The translations under genes and the position numbers were made by a program. The notes below the pieces were generated by a model, which did no database searches, was not told where the DNA came from, and saw only the letters and a list, made by a program, of their open reading frames with translations. This document shows, in pieces, positions 39,425-47,875 of a DNA stretch of 64,000 nt (positions are counted from its first letter, which is position 1; the number at the start of each line of letters is the position of its first letter). The stretch lies in contig CAIJUJ010000027.1 in the NCBI GenBank assembly GCA_903823865.1, forward strand, positions 12,065 to 76,064, written 5' to 3'. The DNA is from an uncultured bacterium (lineage in GTDB: Bacteria; Patescibacteriota; Minisyncoccia; Phycocordibacterales; GWA1-40-21).

Positions 39425-40985
39425 TTAATCCAGAAATAATTTCTACATAACCATCGACACCTCTCATACCAGTTTCTACTTTTGTTTCTGTAATTGTAGC
39501 TAAATCATCTCCGCTAAGTAATTTTACATATTTTAATACATCAACAGAATAAACTGACCTTGATGGAACAGCCAAAACACCATCTTTTTGGCCGGTTAAA
39601 ATATCCAAATTTGCTGTCATCCCAGATTTAATTCTATCGTCTGAAGAAGATACAAATTTTAATGTGACCTTGTATGTTGGCACATTTTCTATAACAGTTT
39701 CTGCTGGGTCAATTTTAATAACAGAAGTTTCAAAAAATGTACCGGAGCCATACGCATCAAGAGTTGTTGTGGCAACGTCTCCAATTTTTATTTTTGCAAT
39801 ATCTGCCTCTGAAACAAAAGATTCAACTTCATATTGTCCATAAGAAATAACGGATAGCGCTGGCATTCCTGCTTGAATAGTCTCGCCAACTTTTGCAACA
39901 ATATTTGTAATGACTCCATTTATTGGTGAATTGATTATTGATTTGTTCAATCTTGCTTCTGCGACATCAACATTTGCTTGCGCTTGCTCGACTGTGGCCT
40001 CTTGTGCTTTTAATTGATCCGCTGTTGCACCAGTTTTAGTTAAAGTAAGTTGGCTGTTTACTATGTTTAAAGCAGAAATTGCTGATTGATATTGATTATA
40101 GGCAATTGATAAATTATTTATAACTAAAGAAATACTTGATCTAACTGTGGAAACATTTGTTTTCCAAAGTGTAATAGTTGTCTGACTTACAGAAGAATAT
40201 GGGTTTAATTTGTTTACAGCTAACGCAAGATTTTGCAGCAACAGTTGTATAGCAGAAAGATTATTATTTGATGTCACAACCACATCATCGATATTTGAAT
40301 TTGTAGTCAAATCTAATGTTAATGTATTCCATGCATTTAAAATGTTTTCAATACTTGCTCTTCCTGTAACAATATCATTTTGTAATTGAAAATCTGTTTG
40401 AAATTGTAAAGAAGGAATTATACTTCGTGGATTTGTAAACAATAAATCAATATAATTTCTAATTGCATCATCAGATTTATTATATGCGTCTTTTACTGAA
40501 TTTATTAAAGTATTTTTTGCATCGGCTAAATCATTTTTTGCTTTATCAACTTGAGATTGATTGGTAGCTATTTGCTCTGGTGTTGCTCCATTTTGTAGAG
40601 ACGATAAGTTTGCTTCGGCAATTTTTAATCCTGCCTTTGCTTGCTCAACCGCCGCCACTAAATCAGCATTTGAAAGTGAGGCTAAATATTGTCCTTGATA
40701 CACTTTATCGCCAACAGAAACATAAACGTGAGAAACTTGGCCACCAGTTTCAAAAGAAAGATCTAAATCTGAAATTGGTTTTACGTTTCCAGTTGAGCTG
40801 ACGACTTCTACTATATTATGTCTCGCAACGGCGATACTATCAGCCACTGTAGATTTTTTACCACTAAAGATAAGTACACATAAAATCAAAACCACTATTA
40901 CAATTACTGCCGTCCACCATTTATTTTTTTTAATAAAATTTAAAATACCAAAAAATATTTTTTTCATATTTAATAATTCTATCAT
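39387..40985 (-). CDS. HlyD/MacA-like periplasmic adaptor (membrane fusion protein).
   Basis: N-terminal TM, long coiled-coil hairpin region, beta-barrel C-terminus. Overlaps the ATPase gene by 38 nt. Confidence 0.75.
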   Translation of the reverse strand: MIELLNMKKIFFGILNFIKKNKWWTAVIVIVVLILCVLIFSGKKSTVADSIAVARHNIVEVVSSTGNVKPISDLDLSFETGGQVSHVYVSVGDKVYQGQYLASLSNADLVAAVEQAKAGLKIAEANLSSLQNGATPEQIATNQSQVDKAKNDLADAKNTLINSVKDAYNKSDDAIRNYIDLLFTNPRSIIPSLQFQTDFQLQNDIVTGRASIENILNAWNTLTLDLTTNSNIDDVVVTSNNNLSAIQLLLQNLALAVNKLNPYSSVSQTTITLWKTNVSTVRSSISLVINNLSIAYNQYQSAISALNIVNSQLTLTKTGATADQLKAQEATVEQAQANVDVAEARLNKSIINSPINGVITNIVAKVGETIQAGMPALSVISYGQYEVESFVSEADIAKIKIGDVATTTLDAYGSGTFFETSVIKIDPAETVIENVPTYKVTLKFVSSSDDRIKSGMTANLDILTGQKDGVLAVPSRSVYSVDVLKYVKLLSGDDLATITETKVETGMRGVDGYVEIISGLNEGDKILASPNL

Positions 40986-41025
40986 ATTTTTACTGAATTT
41001 GAAATAAAAAATTTTAAAATTTTTG

Positions 41026-41096
41026 TGGACTTAGGCAGAATCGAACTGCCGTCTCGTCAATGCGAATGACTCGTACTACCACTGTACTATAAGCCC
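41026..41096 (-). tRNA. tRNA-Ala (anticodon CGC).
   Basis: Manual fold: acceptor GGGCTTA/TAAGTCC with G3:U70, D-arm GTAC/GTAC, anticodon loop TTCGCAT, T-arm GGCAG-TTCGATT-CTGCC. Confidence 0.75.
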
Positions 41097-41120
41097 AAAA
41101 TTATAAAAATGTTTTGAAAT

Positions 41121-41615
41121 CTATACCTCAGCCTTAAGACCAAGATTGTTCTCTAAATAATTAATCGATATCTTCTTTCCTTTAATATTTTTTTCAAACA
41201 TTTCTTTATTTGTAAAATAAACCTTTACACCATTCTCAACCATTGCCTTTAGTGCAGAATCAAAATGTATTTTATTTAATGGTTTTACTTTTTGTTTTGT
41301 TGCCCACTCTCTACTCCATTGCTCGCGGTCGTTTGTAAAATTAGAATCTGGCAATACATAAACAGTACCGCCTTTGTCGAGCTCTCTAAACTTATCTTTA
41401 TCAGAAATCACAAAATAATATATCCCGTCTTCATAACCCTTGCGTGATTCATTATCAAACATTCTTACCAAAAAAAGAGTTGCTCCAGCAATATCCGGAC
41501 TTGCAAATAATAATTCACCCTCTTCTTTTTTTCTATAACTTTTTTGTTTTGGCTCTAGTTCAATAATGTCCTTATTTGCTGAGCCATGATAAAAATTTTC
41601 TGGTTTTTTTTCCAT
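41121..41615 (-). CDS. Hypothetical protein (164 aa).
   Basis: ORF only. Confidence 0.4.
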   Translation of the reverse strand: MEKKPENFYHGSANKDIIELEPKQKSYRKKEEGELLFASPDIAGATLFLVRMFDNESRKGYEDGIYYFVISDKDKFRELDKGGTVYVLPDSNFTNDREQWSREWATKQKVKPLNKIHFDSALKAMVENGVKVYFTNKEMFEKNIKGKKISINYLENNLGLKAEV

Positions 41616-41684
41616 ATAAAAATTATAACACTATATTAAATAGAGGCCAAATATCATCATAAAACCAGATATTTTTTACGTTTG

Positions 41685-41697
41685 TGGACCGCACCGG
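41685..41697 (-). repeat. Displaced copy of the tRNA-Ala(GGC) 3' end (gtggaccgcaccgg), about 115 nt downstream of the intact tRNA.
   Basis: Exact 13-14-nt GC-rich direct repeat of 41814-41826. The intervening segment carries a hairpin (gacaaaagcaaagca...tgctttttcgtc). Confidence 0.55.
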
Positions 41698-41813
41698 ACA
41701 TCTCCACCTACCGTGGCGGGTATCTTTCCATCTCACTTTGTTCGATACGAAAAGATCTTTCAATCCCGGGACAAAAGCAAAGCAGTTTGCTTTTTCGTCC
41801 CACTACTCCGTAG

Positions 41814-41886
41814 TGGACCGCACCGGGATCGAACCGGTCGCCTCATCCATGCCATGGATGCGCTCTACCAAATGAGCTAGCGGCCC
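41814..41886 (-). tRNA. tRNA-Ala (anticodon GGC).
   Basis: Acceptor GGGCCGC/GCGGTCC with G3:U70, anticodon loop ATGGCAT, T-arm ACCGG-TTCGATC-CCGGT. Confidence 0.85.
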
Positions 41887-41933
41887 TTTAAATTTGACCA
41901 AAAAAGTATATTATAAAAGATGTAAAAAATAAA

Positions 41934-42007
41934 GGACGATTAGCTCAGTTGGTTAGAGCATACGATTCACATTCGTAAGGTCACTGGTTCGAATCCAGTA
42001 TCGTCCA
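41934..42007 (+). tRNA. tRNA-Val (anticodon CAC).
   Basis: Acceptor GGACGAT/ATCGTCC, D-arm GCTC-AGTTGGTTA-GAGC, anticodon loop TTCACAT, T-arm ACTGG-TTCGAAT-CCAGT. Confidence 0.85.
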
Positions 42008-42013
42008 CAAAAG

Positions 42014-42050
42014 CAGAAAATCACGCGCAGGCGTGATATTTCTGTCTTTT
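42014..42050. terminator. Hairpin terminator after tRNA-Val (bidirectional).
   Basis: cagaaaatcacgc-gcag-gcgtgatatttctg plus T-run. Confidence 0.6.
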
Positions 42051-42087
42051 GTGGAAGGCACAGGTATAATTTGTTAACAAACAAATT

Positions 42088-42168
42088 ACCGAGCCGGGGT
42101 CGCGAGTACTTACGTAGAATTCGAGCGCAGTGAAAAAATTATACTTAGTAACTCGTGATACACAATTT
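42088..42168. repeat. tRNA-associated repeat, copy A (conserved ends gagccggggtcgcga ... tcgtgatacacaattt).
   Basis: Shares its 15-nt 5' and 17-nt 3' ends with 44085-44187. On the minus strand the 3' end reads TTGTGT-16 nt-TATAAT, a promoter-like sequence. Confidence 0.5.
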
Positions 42169-42892
42169 AAAACCCTGCGATTCTAGTAACAATAAAAATT
42201 AAAATTATTCCTAAAATAGTTGCAATTGTTGTCCATGCTTTTGGATGGCCATGATGACTCTCTGGCAATAAATCGCTTGCTCCAATATAAATAAAAAATC
42301 CACAAAATACTGAAACAATTATTGGTAAAATATTTATTGGAATAGTAACAAAAATAGAAGCTATTATTCCAACTACTGGAGCAAGTGCATCTATAAAAAG
42401 CCATTTTTTTGCAACTTTATTGTCACCCCCTGCACGGACAATCATATTCACAGTATTTATTCCGTCAGAAAAAGCGTGAATAAATATCGCGATTGCTAAA
42501 GCAATACCAATTGCTGGAGAAACTTGAAAAGAAAGTCCGACAATAATTCCATCAAACAAACTATGAAGCGATATACTCCCCGCTCCCAAACTTCCATTAT
42601 GTTTATGATTTTCGCATTCTTCTTCATGATTTGAATGTGGTATTAAAAATCTATCCAATATAATATAAGCGACAAAACCCAAAACTATCCAAAGTGCAAT
42701 CGTACTTGGTTGATAAAAAATGTTTCCCATTTTATACGCTTCGGGTAATAAATCAAAAAAGGCTACGCCTATGACAGAGCCAGCAGAAAAACCTAAAATT
42801 AGGTGAAGTTTGTCTTTAAACCTCAGAGCAAAAGTTCCGCCAAAAATTACAGAAAGAAAAATGGCTGTGGCTGAGATAATTAAAAAAGTCAT
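42167..42892 (-). CDS. ZIP family metal (zinc) transporter, ZupT-like.
   Basis: Eight TM, histidine-rich loop (HEEECENHKHNG), HAFSDG-type motif. Confidence 0.8.
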   Translation of the reverse strand: MTFLIISATAIFLSVIFGGTFALRFKDKLHLILGFSAGSVIGVAFFDLLPEAYKMGNIFYQPSTIALWIVLGFVAYIILDRFLIPHSNHEEECENHKHNGSLGAGSISLHSLFDGIIVGLSFQVSPAIGIALAIAIFIHAFSDGINTVNMIVRAGGDNKVAKKWLFIDALAPVVGIIASIFVTIPINILPIIVSVFCGFFIYIGASDLLPESHHGHPKAWTTIATILGIILIFIVTRIAGF

Positions 42893-42897
42893 AATAA

Positions 42898-43830
42898 TTA
42901 AAGTATCTGCGTTGATTCAATATCCTTTAAATGTTTTTTTGATTTAAACCAGAAATATGCAACGGAACCGAATGTTATAACTGGAGAAAGCCAGCTTGGG
43001 ATATTAAACCCGAAACTATCCGCAAGCATAATCATACCAAGAAATAATATTGAATACATTGCCCCGTTTTTTAGAAAAATATATTTTTTTATTCTCTCAA
43101 TATTACCGACGGTCAACTGTCTTACAACAAGAGCGCCCAGACCATTTCCTATTAAAATTAATGGAACTGAAAGCGTAAACGCAAATGCTCCAAGTACTCC
43201 GTCTATAGAAAAGGTTGCATCAATAACTTCTAGATATAAAATTTTGCTGATATCTGAAAGACCTTCTTTCATTAATTCTTTTTCTCCCTTTTCTGCATTT
43301 TGTTTAAAACCGTGTGTAATAAAAAATGCTGTTGAACCAATAACGGCACCAAAAGCCATCATTGGATTTATTTTCATTGCAAAATATACTGTGACACACA
43401 AAATAATTGAAACCACAGCATAAAACCAGACGCCTAACTCCATAAAAAATTTTTCGTGCTTCAAACCAAAATTTTTAGCTTCCAAAAATAGCCAATGAAA
43501 AAATAGAAAAATTAAAAACATTCCACCCCCAGCAAGAAGAAGTGGCGCACTTTTTTCAATTGAATCTTTTACGCCTGGATTACTGCTGAACGTCGCTGTG
43601 AGCGAACCAATAAACCCAAGCGATGGATTTGTCACCCAAACAATTATCCAAGGAAGTAATCCTCTAACAACAAATACTGCGAAAAGTAAACCCCAAAATA
43701 AAAACCACCTTCGCCCTTTTGGTTTCATTGTTGAAAGCACCTCTGCATTAATAATAGCGTTATCTATACTTGAAATAACTTCAAATAAACATAAACCACC
43801 AATAGTTATTATTATTGTAAAAATATTCAT
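42898..43830 (-). CDS. TerC/DUF475-family integral membrane protein.
   Basis: Polytopic. EVISSIDNAIINAEVL resembles the TerC-family DN motif. Confidence 0.55.
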   Translation of the reverse strand: MNIFTIIITIGGLCLFEVISSIDNAIINAEVLSTMKPKGRRWFLFWGLLFAVFVVRGLLPWIIVWVTNPSLGFIGSLTATFSSNPGVKDSIEKSAPLLLAGGGMFLIFLFFHWLFLEAKNFGLKHEKFFMELGVWFYAVVSIILCVTVYFAMKINPMMAFGAVIGSTAFFITHGFKQNAEKGEKELMKEGLSDISKILYLEVIDATFSIDGVLGAFAFTLSVPLILIGNGLGALVVRQLTVGNIERIKKYIFLKNGAMYSILFLGMIMLADSFGFNIPSWLSPVITFGSVAYFWFKSKKHLKDIESTQIL

Positions 43831-43921
43831 AACAAAATAATATCATAACTAATAAAAAAATACATTCCCACATGGATAATACTTGGAAAAATATAATTTT
43901 TGTGTTAATCTCTTAGCTACT

Positions 43922-43994
43922 GGGCCTGTAGCTCATCTGGTAGAGCGCCTCATTTGCAATGAGGAGGCAAGCGGTCCGAGTCCGCTCAGGTCCA
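43922..43994 (+). tRNA. tRNA-Ala (anticodon TGC), atypical T-loop.
   Basis: Acceptor GGGCCTG/CAGGTCC with G3:U70, anticodon loop TTTGCAA, T-arm AGCGG-TCCGAGT-CCGCT (C at position 55). Confidence 0.8.
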
Positions 43995-44002
43995 CAGTGA
44001 TT

Positions 44003-44029
44003 AAAAACCGCATCTGCATGCGGTTTTTT
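44003..44029. terminator. Hairpin terminator after tRNA-Ala(TGC).
   Basis: aaaaaccgcatctgcatgcggtttttt. Confidence 0.65.
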
Positions 44030-44084
44030 ATACACTGTGAAAGACGCAGCTATATTTTTGTTTTACGTAGCAAAGGCAAAAATA

Positions 44085-44187
44085 GCGAGTCGGGGTCGCG
44101 AAAAATTTCCGTCAGGAAATTTATTTGTGACCACAATAAATAGAAATTCCTTATTAAAATATTTAGTGATTCGTGATACACAATTTT
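44085..44187. repeat. tRNA-associated repeat, copy B (gcgagtcggggtcgcga ... ttcgtgatacacaatttt).
   Basis: Same conserved ends as copy A. The internal hairpin is aaatttccgtcaggaaattt. Confidence 0.5.
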
Positions 44188-44229
44188 TTGTCTAAAATAG
44201 ATGTCACCATAGGCTGATAGTTCACTTTC

Positions 44230-45234
44230 TCAATCCATATAATCAAAAGAAGTAATTGGTTTCTGCCCCAAAGCTAAAGTAATTACATGATCTAAAAAGT
44301 TTGACAGTGAACATCCAATAGCCTCTAAAGATTTTGGGAGTAAAGACTCTTTTGTTAGACCAGGTAAAGTGTTAACCTCAAGAATATAAACTCCCCTCTT
44401 TAGACTAACAATAAAATCTGACCTTGAATAATGCCTTAAACCTAAAATTTTATGAGCTTTCACGGCCATATCTTGTAGAGATTTTTTTTCTTGCTCTGAA
44501 AAATTTCCTGGACAAGTTTCACTCGCTTTTCCAGAATATTTTGCTTCATATCCAAAAAATTCAAACTCTTTTAGTTTGATAACTTCAATTGGTAAAAGCG
44601 GATAAATTGCTTCATTTCTAAAATTTTCTGCAACTCCACATGTTGCTTCTTTTCCTTGTATAAATTCTTCAACTATAACAACATCAGAAAACTTTAACGC
44701 TTTTTCAATAGCTGGCAAAATGTCTTTTATAACTTTTACGACAGATACACCGATAGATGAACCACTTCCGCCTGGTTTTACTATTGCTGGAATTGGGAAT
44801 GTTTTAAAAATAGTATGATCAATATTTGTTAGATTATCACCTTTTCTTACAACTTTATATATTGGAGTTTTTAAACCATTTTTAGCAAAAATTTCTTTAG
44901 ACAAAACTTTATTCATACCCAAAGCTGAAGCTAGGGCCTGAGAACCTGTATATTTTACTCCAAAATGATTAAAAATTTGCTGAACTTTGCCATCCTCTCC
45001 ATATTCTCCGTGCATCGCATTAAAAACAACATCAACATTTTGAAAGAGTTTTGCAGCAGTAATTTTTACACCATCAAGAAACCAATCTTTATTTTTTGCA
45101 ACAAAAACATCAACAGGAATGTATTTGTCTGAAAGATTATCTATGACATTTTTTCCAGACTTTAGTGAAATCTCATGCTCATCTCCAGGACCACCACGAA
45201 GTACTGCTACTTTTATTCTACTCATATTGGACAA
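44230..45234 (-). CDS. ddl: D-alanine--D-alanine ligase.
   Basis: ATP-grasp fold with N-terminal VAVLRGGPGDEHEISLKSG. 334 aa. Confidence 0.9.
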   Translation of the reverse strand: MSNMSRIKVAVLRGGPGDEHEISLKSGKNVIDNLSDKYIPVDVFVAKNKDWFLDGVKITAAKLFQNVDVVFNAMHGEYGEDGKVQQIFNHFGVKYTGSQALASALGMNKVLSKEIFAKNGLKTPIYKVVRKGDNLTNIDHTIFKTFPIPAIVKPGGSGSSIGVSVVKVIKDILPAIEKALKFSDVVIVEEFIQGKEATCGVAENFRNEAIYPLLPIEVIKLKEFEFFGYEAKYSGKASETCPGNFSEQEKKSLQDMAVKAHKILGLRHYSRSDFIVSLKRGVYILEVNTLPGLTKESLLPKSLEAIGCSLSNFLDHVITLALGQKPITSFDYMD

Positions 45235-45268
45235 TTATAACACCTAGAAACAAATAATAAAAACGTAA

Positions 45269-46111
45269 TTATTTTCTGTTAATTATTTTTTTGTATGATT
45301 CGAAGTCAATTTTAGGTAAATTACTATCAGTTTTACATATATCTTCATATTTCTCGATAATTGTAAAAAAATCAAGATTTGCCAAAGCATTCTTAACAAT
45401 ATCTATATTTTGATGAGAAATAATGGCGTTTATCATTTCATAACCAACAATATAAAAAAAACCCATAGTTTCAAAACCTTCTTTTTTTGCATCTTCTATT
45501 TCTTTTTGATTTGTAAAATTAAGAAATTTATTAAATTTATCAAATGATAGTCTTACACCACGATCTAAGCTTAATGGTTCCCTATACAATTTCTCTAAAC
45601 TTTGATTCGATACTTTTACTGCATAGCCTTCATTTAGTGACTTTAATAAAATATCTGCTTTATTATTATCTATTATATTGTAATTAGCTTTTGATACATC
45701 ACTAATTTTTTGACGATTAAACCAAATATGAAAAACCTCGTGGGTTATACCCTCAATTAAAGTTTCCTCGGGAAATAAATTCCTTAATAGACGGCCCAAA
45801 TCTACTATAATTTCATCATTATTGATGGCCCTAAAATCTGATTTCCTATCTAGAGTAAAAATAACCTTAAACTCTTTAAAATTATAATCTGGTATTAGTG
45901 TAGATAGTCTATTTTGAATTTCTTTTTTAATTCCCTCATAATCCCCAGAAATTTTTTCAATTAGCCCAACAACTTGTTCAGTTTTTAAATTCAAATCTTG
46001 TTTGACTAGTAAATTAGGAATTTCAGTTTCATTAATATATTTAAAAAACATTTTGTCTAAGTTGACTTTTGATTTTTCAAATATTTGTGCTATTTCTCGA
46101 TAATTTTCCAT
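45269..46111 (-). CDS. Hypothetical protein with HExxH motif (putative zinc-dependent peptidase).
   Basis: GITHEVFHIW. Confidence 0.4.
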   Translation of the reverse strand: MENYREIAQIFEKSKVNLDKMFFKYINETEIPNLLVKQDLNLKTEQVVGLIEKISGDYEGIKKEIQNRLSTLIPDYNFKEFKVIFTLDRKSDFRAINNDEIIVDLGRLLRNLFPEETLIEGITHEVFHIWFNRQKISDVSKANYNIIDNNKADILLKSLNEGYAVKVSNQSLEKLYREPLSLDRGVRLSFDKFNKFLNFTNQKEIEDAKKEGFETMGFFYIVGYEMINAIISHQNIDIVKNALANLDFFTIIEKYEDICKTDSNLPKIDFESYKKIINRK

Positions 46112-46130
46112 AACAAAATTATATCACATA

Positions 46131-47396
46131 TTATATTGTAAAATTTCCATCTCTTAATTTTTTATGATATTTAATAGCAAATCTGTGTGCCTCATTATTT
46201 GCAAGCAAAATATCATTTTTGTATTTATCAATTATGTTTCCTATACCTTGAATAATTTTTGGTCTATGTTTTTCATCCTTTGTAACTGCGATGATGGCAA
46301 TTTTTAGACATTTTTCTTTTATTATTTTTTCAGCAATATTTTTCTGCGCAACTGAACCGTCTACAACAATAATCTCTGGGAACTTCCATTCTGCGTGGTT
46401 GAGTCTTCTTGTTAATATCTCTGCAAGTCCTGCAGTATCATTCCGAACGCTATTATTTATTTTAAATTTTCTATATTCGTTTTTATTTGGTATACCATTT
46501 TCAACTACAGTCATCACGCCAACAGTATTTGTTCCATTAATATGTGCTACATCATATGCTTCAATTCTAAAAATATTTGCTAATTGCTGTTCATTTTTTT
46601 CTGATTTTAACAGAGCAATGTCTTGAATGTGATTTAATGCGAAGATTGTATGTTTAATTTGTTCAGCTTTTTCAAATTCTTGCTTTTTTATAACAACCTT
46701 CATTTCTTTCTCTAAACTCTTCAAAATACTGGTCTTTTTACCTTCAAAAAATAGTTTGATATTTCTGATGTTTTTTGCATAATCTTTTTTTGCTTCTATA
46801 CCAGAAATTTCTGGTGCTAAACCAATCTCTTTGTAAAATTTATAGCCAGTATTTTCTCTTGAATATTGGTCAAGAAATGGAAATATTTTGCGAACGATTT
46901 TTAGCGCTTCTTTTAGCTGGCCCCCATTTGTAAACGGTCCATATATATTTGATATTCTCAAATTCTTAAGAATTTGAGAATATGATTCTTTCTGTAAATT
47001 TTTTCCGCGTTCTATCAAAATTCTTGGGAACTCTTCTTTCGTAATAACAACATAATTATAACTTCTATCGTCTTTTTCTTTTGTATTATATTTTGGCTGA
47101 TGTTTTTTTATTAAATTTGATTCAAGTATCAAAGCTTCGAGAACCGAGTCGGTTTTAATAAAATCAATATTATCAGCCTGAAATACCATATCAACAATAA
47201 GCGGGCCACGAGTAGCAATTAAATCATTTGAAAAATAACTTTTTACTCTATCTTTTAATAAAGTTGCTTTTCCTATATACATAATACCCTTACCTTTTTT
47301 AAATAAGTATACTCCAGGTAAATCTGGTAATTTCGTTTTTTTCAGGTATTGACTATCCATATTTATTATGATACCATAAAAATTAGAGAAATCCAA
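46131..47396 (-). CDS. uvrC: Excinuclease ABC subunit C, short form lacking the C-terminal HhH (421 aa).
   Basis: GIY-YIG N-terminus (LPDLPGVYLFKKGKGIMYIGKATLLKDRVKSYF) and endonuclease-domain region (IIVVDGSVAQKNIA). Confidence 0.75.
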   Translation of the reverse strand: MDFSNFYGIIINMDSQYLKKTKLPDLPGVYLFKKGKGIMYIGKATLLKDRVKSYFSNDLIATRGPLIVDMVFQADNIDFIKTDSVLEALILESNLIKKHQPKYNTKEKDDRSYNYVVITKEEFPRILIERGKNLQKESYSQILKNLRISNIYGPFTNGGQLKEALKIVRKIFPFLDQYSRENTGYKFYKEIGLAPEISGIEAKKDYAKNIRNIKLFFEGKKTSILKSLEKEMKVVIKKQEFEKAEQIKHTIFALNHIQDIALLKSEKNEQQLANIFRIEAYDVAHINGTNTVGVMTVVENGIPNKNEYRKFKINNSVRNDTAGLAEILTRRLNHAEWKFPEIIVVDGSVAQKNIAEKIIKEKCLKIAIIAVTKDEKHRPKIIQGIGNIIDKYKNDILLANNEAHRFAIKYHKKLRDGNFTI

Positions 47397-47431
47397 TTAA
47401 TTTTCAAGTATAAAGCACTGGGAGGTGCAAA

Positions 47432-47701
47432 ATGAACTTATTAAAAAAACATGTTTCACCAATCTTCCCTTTTATAAAAGGGGAAGATGATTGTAAGAGT
47501 TTTTTGTGTAATGGGAAACTTTGCGACAAAGAATCCATCAAACTTGACAGGATGACTTCGAAAGGTACGCCTTTGAGTCATATATTTGAAACTCAAATCG
47601 CCATGCCTTGCAACAAATGCGGGAGGTTACACTGGTGGGAGGATGGGGAACAAGCGGTAGACGGGATGAACGGCAAAAAATTGTTTCGCAAAGAGCGGTA
47701 A
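47432..47701 (+). CDS. Small Cys-containing protein (89 aa), possible zinc ribbon.
   Basis: Strong SD (GGAGG-N6-ATG). CxxxxC and CNKC pairs. Followed by terminator cccccccgaacc-aaaag-ttcggggg plus T-run (47725-47762). Confidence 0.45.
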   Translation: MNLLKKHVSPIFPFIKGEDDCKSFLCNGKLCDKESIKLDRMTSKGTPLSHIFETQIAMPCNKCGRLHWWEDGEQAVDGMNGKKLFRKER

Positions 47702-47875
47702 ATTAATATGGAGATAAAATATAACCCCCCCCCGAACCAAAAGTTCGGGGGTAGTTTTTATTTACTCTTCTTTAAAGCTCTTTTTAAATATTTTCCTGTA
47801 TAAGATTTTTCGTTCATGGCTACCCCAGTAGTAGAGCCTCGAACAAGGCTCGGCTCACTACGGGGCGAGAAGTGG

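Noticed and set aside
41684-41875. 63-aa plus-strand ORF.
   Set aside because: It overlaps tRNA-Ala(GGC) and the displaced tRNA 3'-end repeat. The GC-rich tRNA sequence creates the open frame.
41685-41886. Integrated prophage or genomic island at tRNA-Ala(GGC).
   Set aside because: The tRNA 3' end is duplicated, but only about 115 nt apart, with no integrase or cargo. At most a remnant. Folded into the hairpin-element finding.
43883-44143. 86-aa plus-strand ORF.
   Set aside because: It spans tRNA-Ala(TGC), its terminator and repeat copy B. Not coding.
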